Shown piece after piece: positions 6,373 to 7,747 of a DNA stretch of 7,747 nt (position 1 is its first letter; every line of letters starts with the position of its first letter). The notes beneath the pieces are model-generated. The model had not been told where the DNA came from. It saw only the letters and a program-made list of their open reading frames with translations, and did no database searches. A program made the position numbers and the translations under genes. The stretch is from positions 1-7,747 of the forward strand of contig NW_021828763.1 of NCBI RefSeq assembly GCF_006345805.1, given 5' to 3'. Source of the stretch: Octopus sinensis. Taxonomy: Eukaryota.

Positions 6373-6977
6373 TTGCCGTTGATACTGCGTCCGGTCACGT
6401 GATTCCTGAATTTGATCGTAATTGTTGTACTGTAATCATTCCATGTTATGCTTTTCGGCCAATCGTTGAAAAACCTCCCGTCATGTGATTTCTGAGGCCT
6501 AGCTATGTTTAAACTTCCACCATGCGAATTGTAAAGTCAGTTATCAGTTTCTACTTAGATTGCACGTGATTTCTACGTGACTTCCGGCGTTAGAAATCGA
6601 TTTGCTTCTTGTCCCGTGAGTACCTCATAGTCAATCGCTGATTTGTCTCAAGTCACGGGATTGTTCCACGCGATTTTTTACGCTAGAAATTCATTTGTAT
6701 ATATCTTGTCGTCCGAGTATCTCGTAAGTCAATCGCTGATTTGTCTCAAGTCACGTGAGGGTTTATTTTAGTTGTTTGATGTTTTTAGGCTGATCTTTGG
6801 TTTGTTTTCCAGCGTAAGATTTCTAAACTCAATTATTGATCCGTCGCATTGCTTCTTGTCACGTTTGTTCCGAGGGTCAATCAATCAATCAAACATTAAT
6901 CATTTTGTCCGTGATTCGTTAAACCAATCTTTGATTGGTCTCGAGTCACGTGACAGAGAGAAGTGGGGGCGGGGGAG
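6373..6977. promoter_or_regulatory. Diverged tandem array of CAAT/E-box modules ending in inverted CCAAT boxes, GTCACGTGAC and a GC box
   Basis: E-box-like cores at 6396 (CACGTG), 6482 (CATGTG), 6563 (CACGTG), 6654 (CACGGG), 6752 (CACGTG), 6860 (CACGTT) and 6947 (CACGTG). Exact 29-bp repeat at 6629-6657/6727-6755. CCAATC-TTT-GATTGG at 6924-6938, GTCACGTGAC at 6945-6954 and GGGGCGGGG at 6966-6974. The repeat is certain; regulatory function is inferred. Confidence 0.5.
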
Positions 6978-7031
6978 AGAAATAAGTGGAGTAGCTTTAC
7001 GAAACTAACCTTCAACTTTCCAAGCTGTCAA

Positions 7032-7118
7032 ACACACACACACACACATATTAACAACCAGGGAAGAGGAGGAGGAGGGAGTGTTGGTGGGGGTGGAGGA
7101 GGAGGAGGAGGAGGAGGA
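7032..7118. repeat. (CA)n followed by a purine-rich tract with (GGA)8
   Basis: (AC)n at 7032-7048, (GGA)3 from 7068 and (GGA)8 at 7095-7118. Confidence 0.95.
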
Positions 7119-7632
7119 ACGGAAGGAACAGAGGACGTGAGAGGTGGGAGGACGGGAGATTATTTTACGTTTATAATTTCCCTAGCGGAAGTCATTAAAA
7201 ATCGAACTGAATGCAACATACCACATACCATTTAATTTTTAAAAAAAGTTACTAATTAATTAACGAATCTCGTTATGGCAAACGCTGGAAAGACAGAAGT
7301 CAGCTTCCGGTGATCCGAATCCGTAAGTAACCCAGTTTTGATTCTCGGTTAAACTCAGTTCATATCGTATATGATATTATTAAATCTACCGAGAAAAATG
7401 CATGAAGGTCACACAATCTCATCCCCCCCCGCCCCGCCCTCTTACTCTGTAACCTCCGCCCACTTTAAGTTAAGAAACCTCATTAATCAGAAGAGTTTAA
7501 TTAATTGACTCCTCGCCTACAATTTAATTATCAGAAGAAACCGAATCGATTTTTCACATTGGTTCCTGACAAATAATTCGTAAGGAAGAACGTGGTATAG
7601 ATGACTGGTACTGATCGATTTTTTCCTGATGG

Positions 7633-7747
7633 CTGGTATTGATATTTATTGGAAAAACCCCGGAAAGTGAAAATTTAAAAGCACCAAAACATGACAGACC
7701 CCACTGCGAGATTTGAACTCGAAACGTAAAGGGTTGAAAATTAAATG
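7633..7747 (-). mobile_element. Degenerate SINE family A, body and B-box part
   Basis: GATTTGAACTCGAAACGTAAAG is the reverse complement of a TTTACGTT..GAGTTCAAAT B-box region. Upstream CTGGTA and ACCCCGGAAAGTGAAA resemble the reverse-complemented family A body. Confidence 0.6.

Noticed and set aside
6629-6755. 29-bp direct repeats at 98-bp spacing as a CRISPR array
   Set aside because: The context is eukaryotic, there are only two exact copies, the intervening sequences are homologous to each other, and no cas genes are present.

Overview
AT-rich, non-coding-looking eukaryotic DNA, most likely from an octopus (coleoid cephalopod). This rests on my recall of two abundant octopus tRNA-derived SINE families; no database search was run. 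I find no intact protein-coding gene: the long ORFs in the track are microsatellite translations or SINE-overlapping noise. About 1750-5308 is dominated by (TA/TG/CA)n, (CAT)n and (ATT/ATC)n tracts, and the flanks hold SINE fragments and one near-complete SINE with a duplicated head (5838-6360). A decayed pogo/Tigger-like transposase N-terminus lies on the minus strand (154-450). The most unusual unexplained structures are: (1) a diverged array of about 7 modules at 6373-6955, each ending in an E-box, four of them with a fixed-spacing CAATC..TGA..CTC..GTCAYGKGA pattern; (2) a perfect 47-bp inverted repeat at 1909-1955/2103-2149; (3) a length-matched 40-bp microsatellite foldback at 3277-3385. 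None is a demonstrated new biological system; they are leads.
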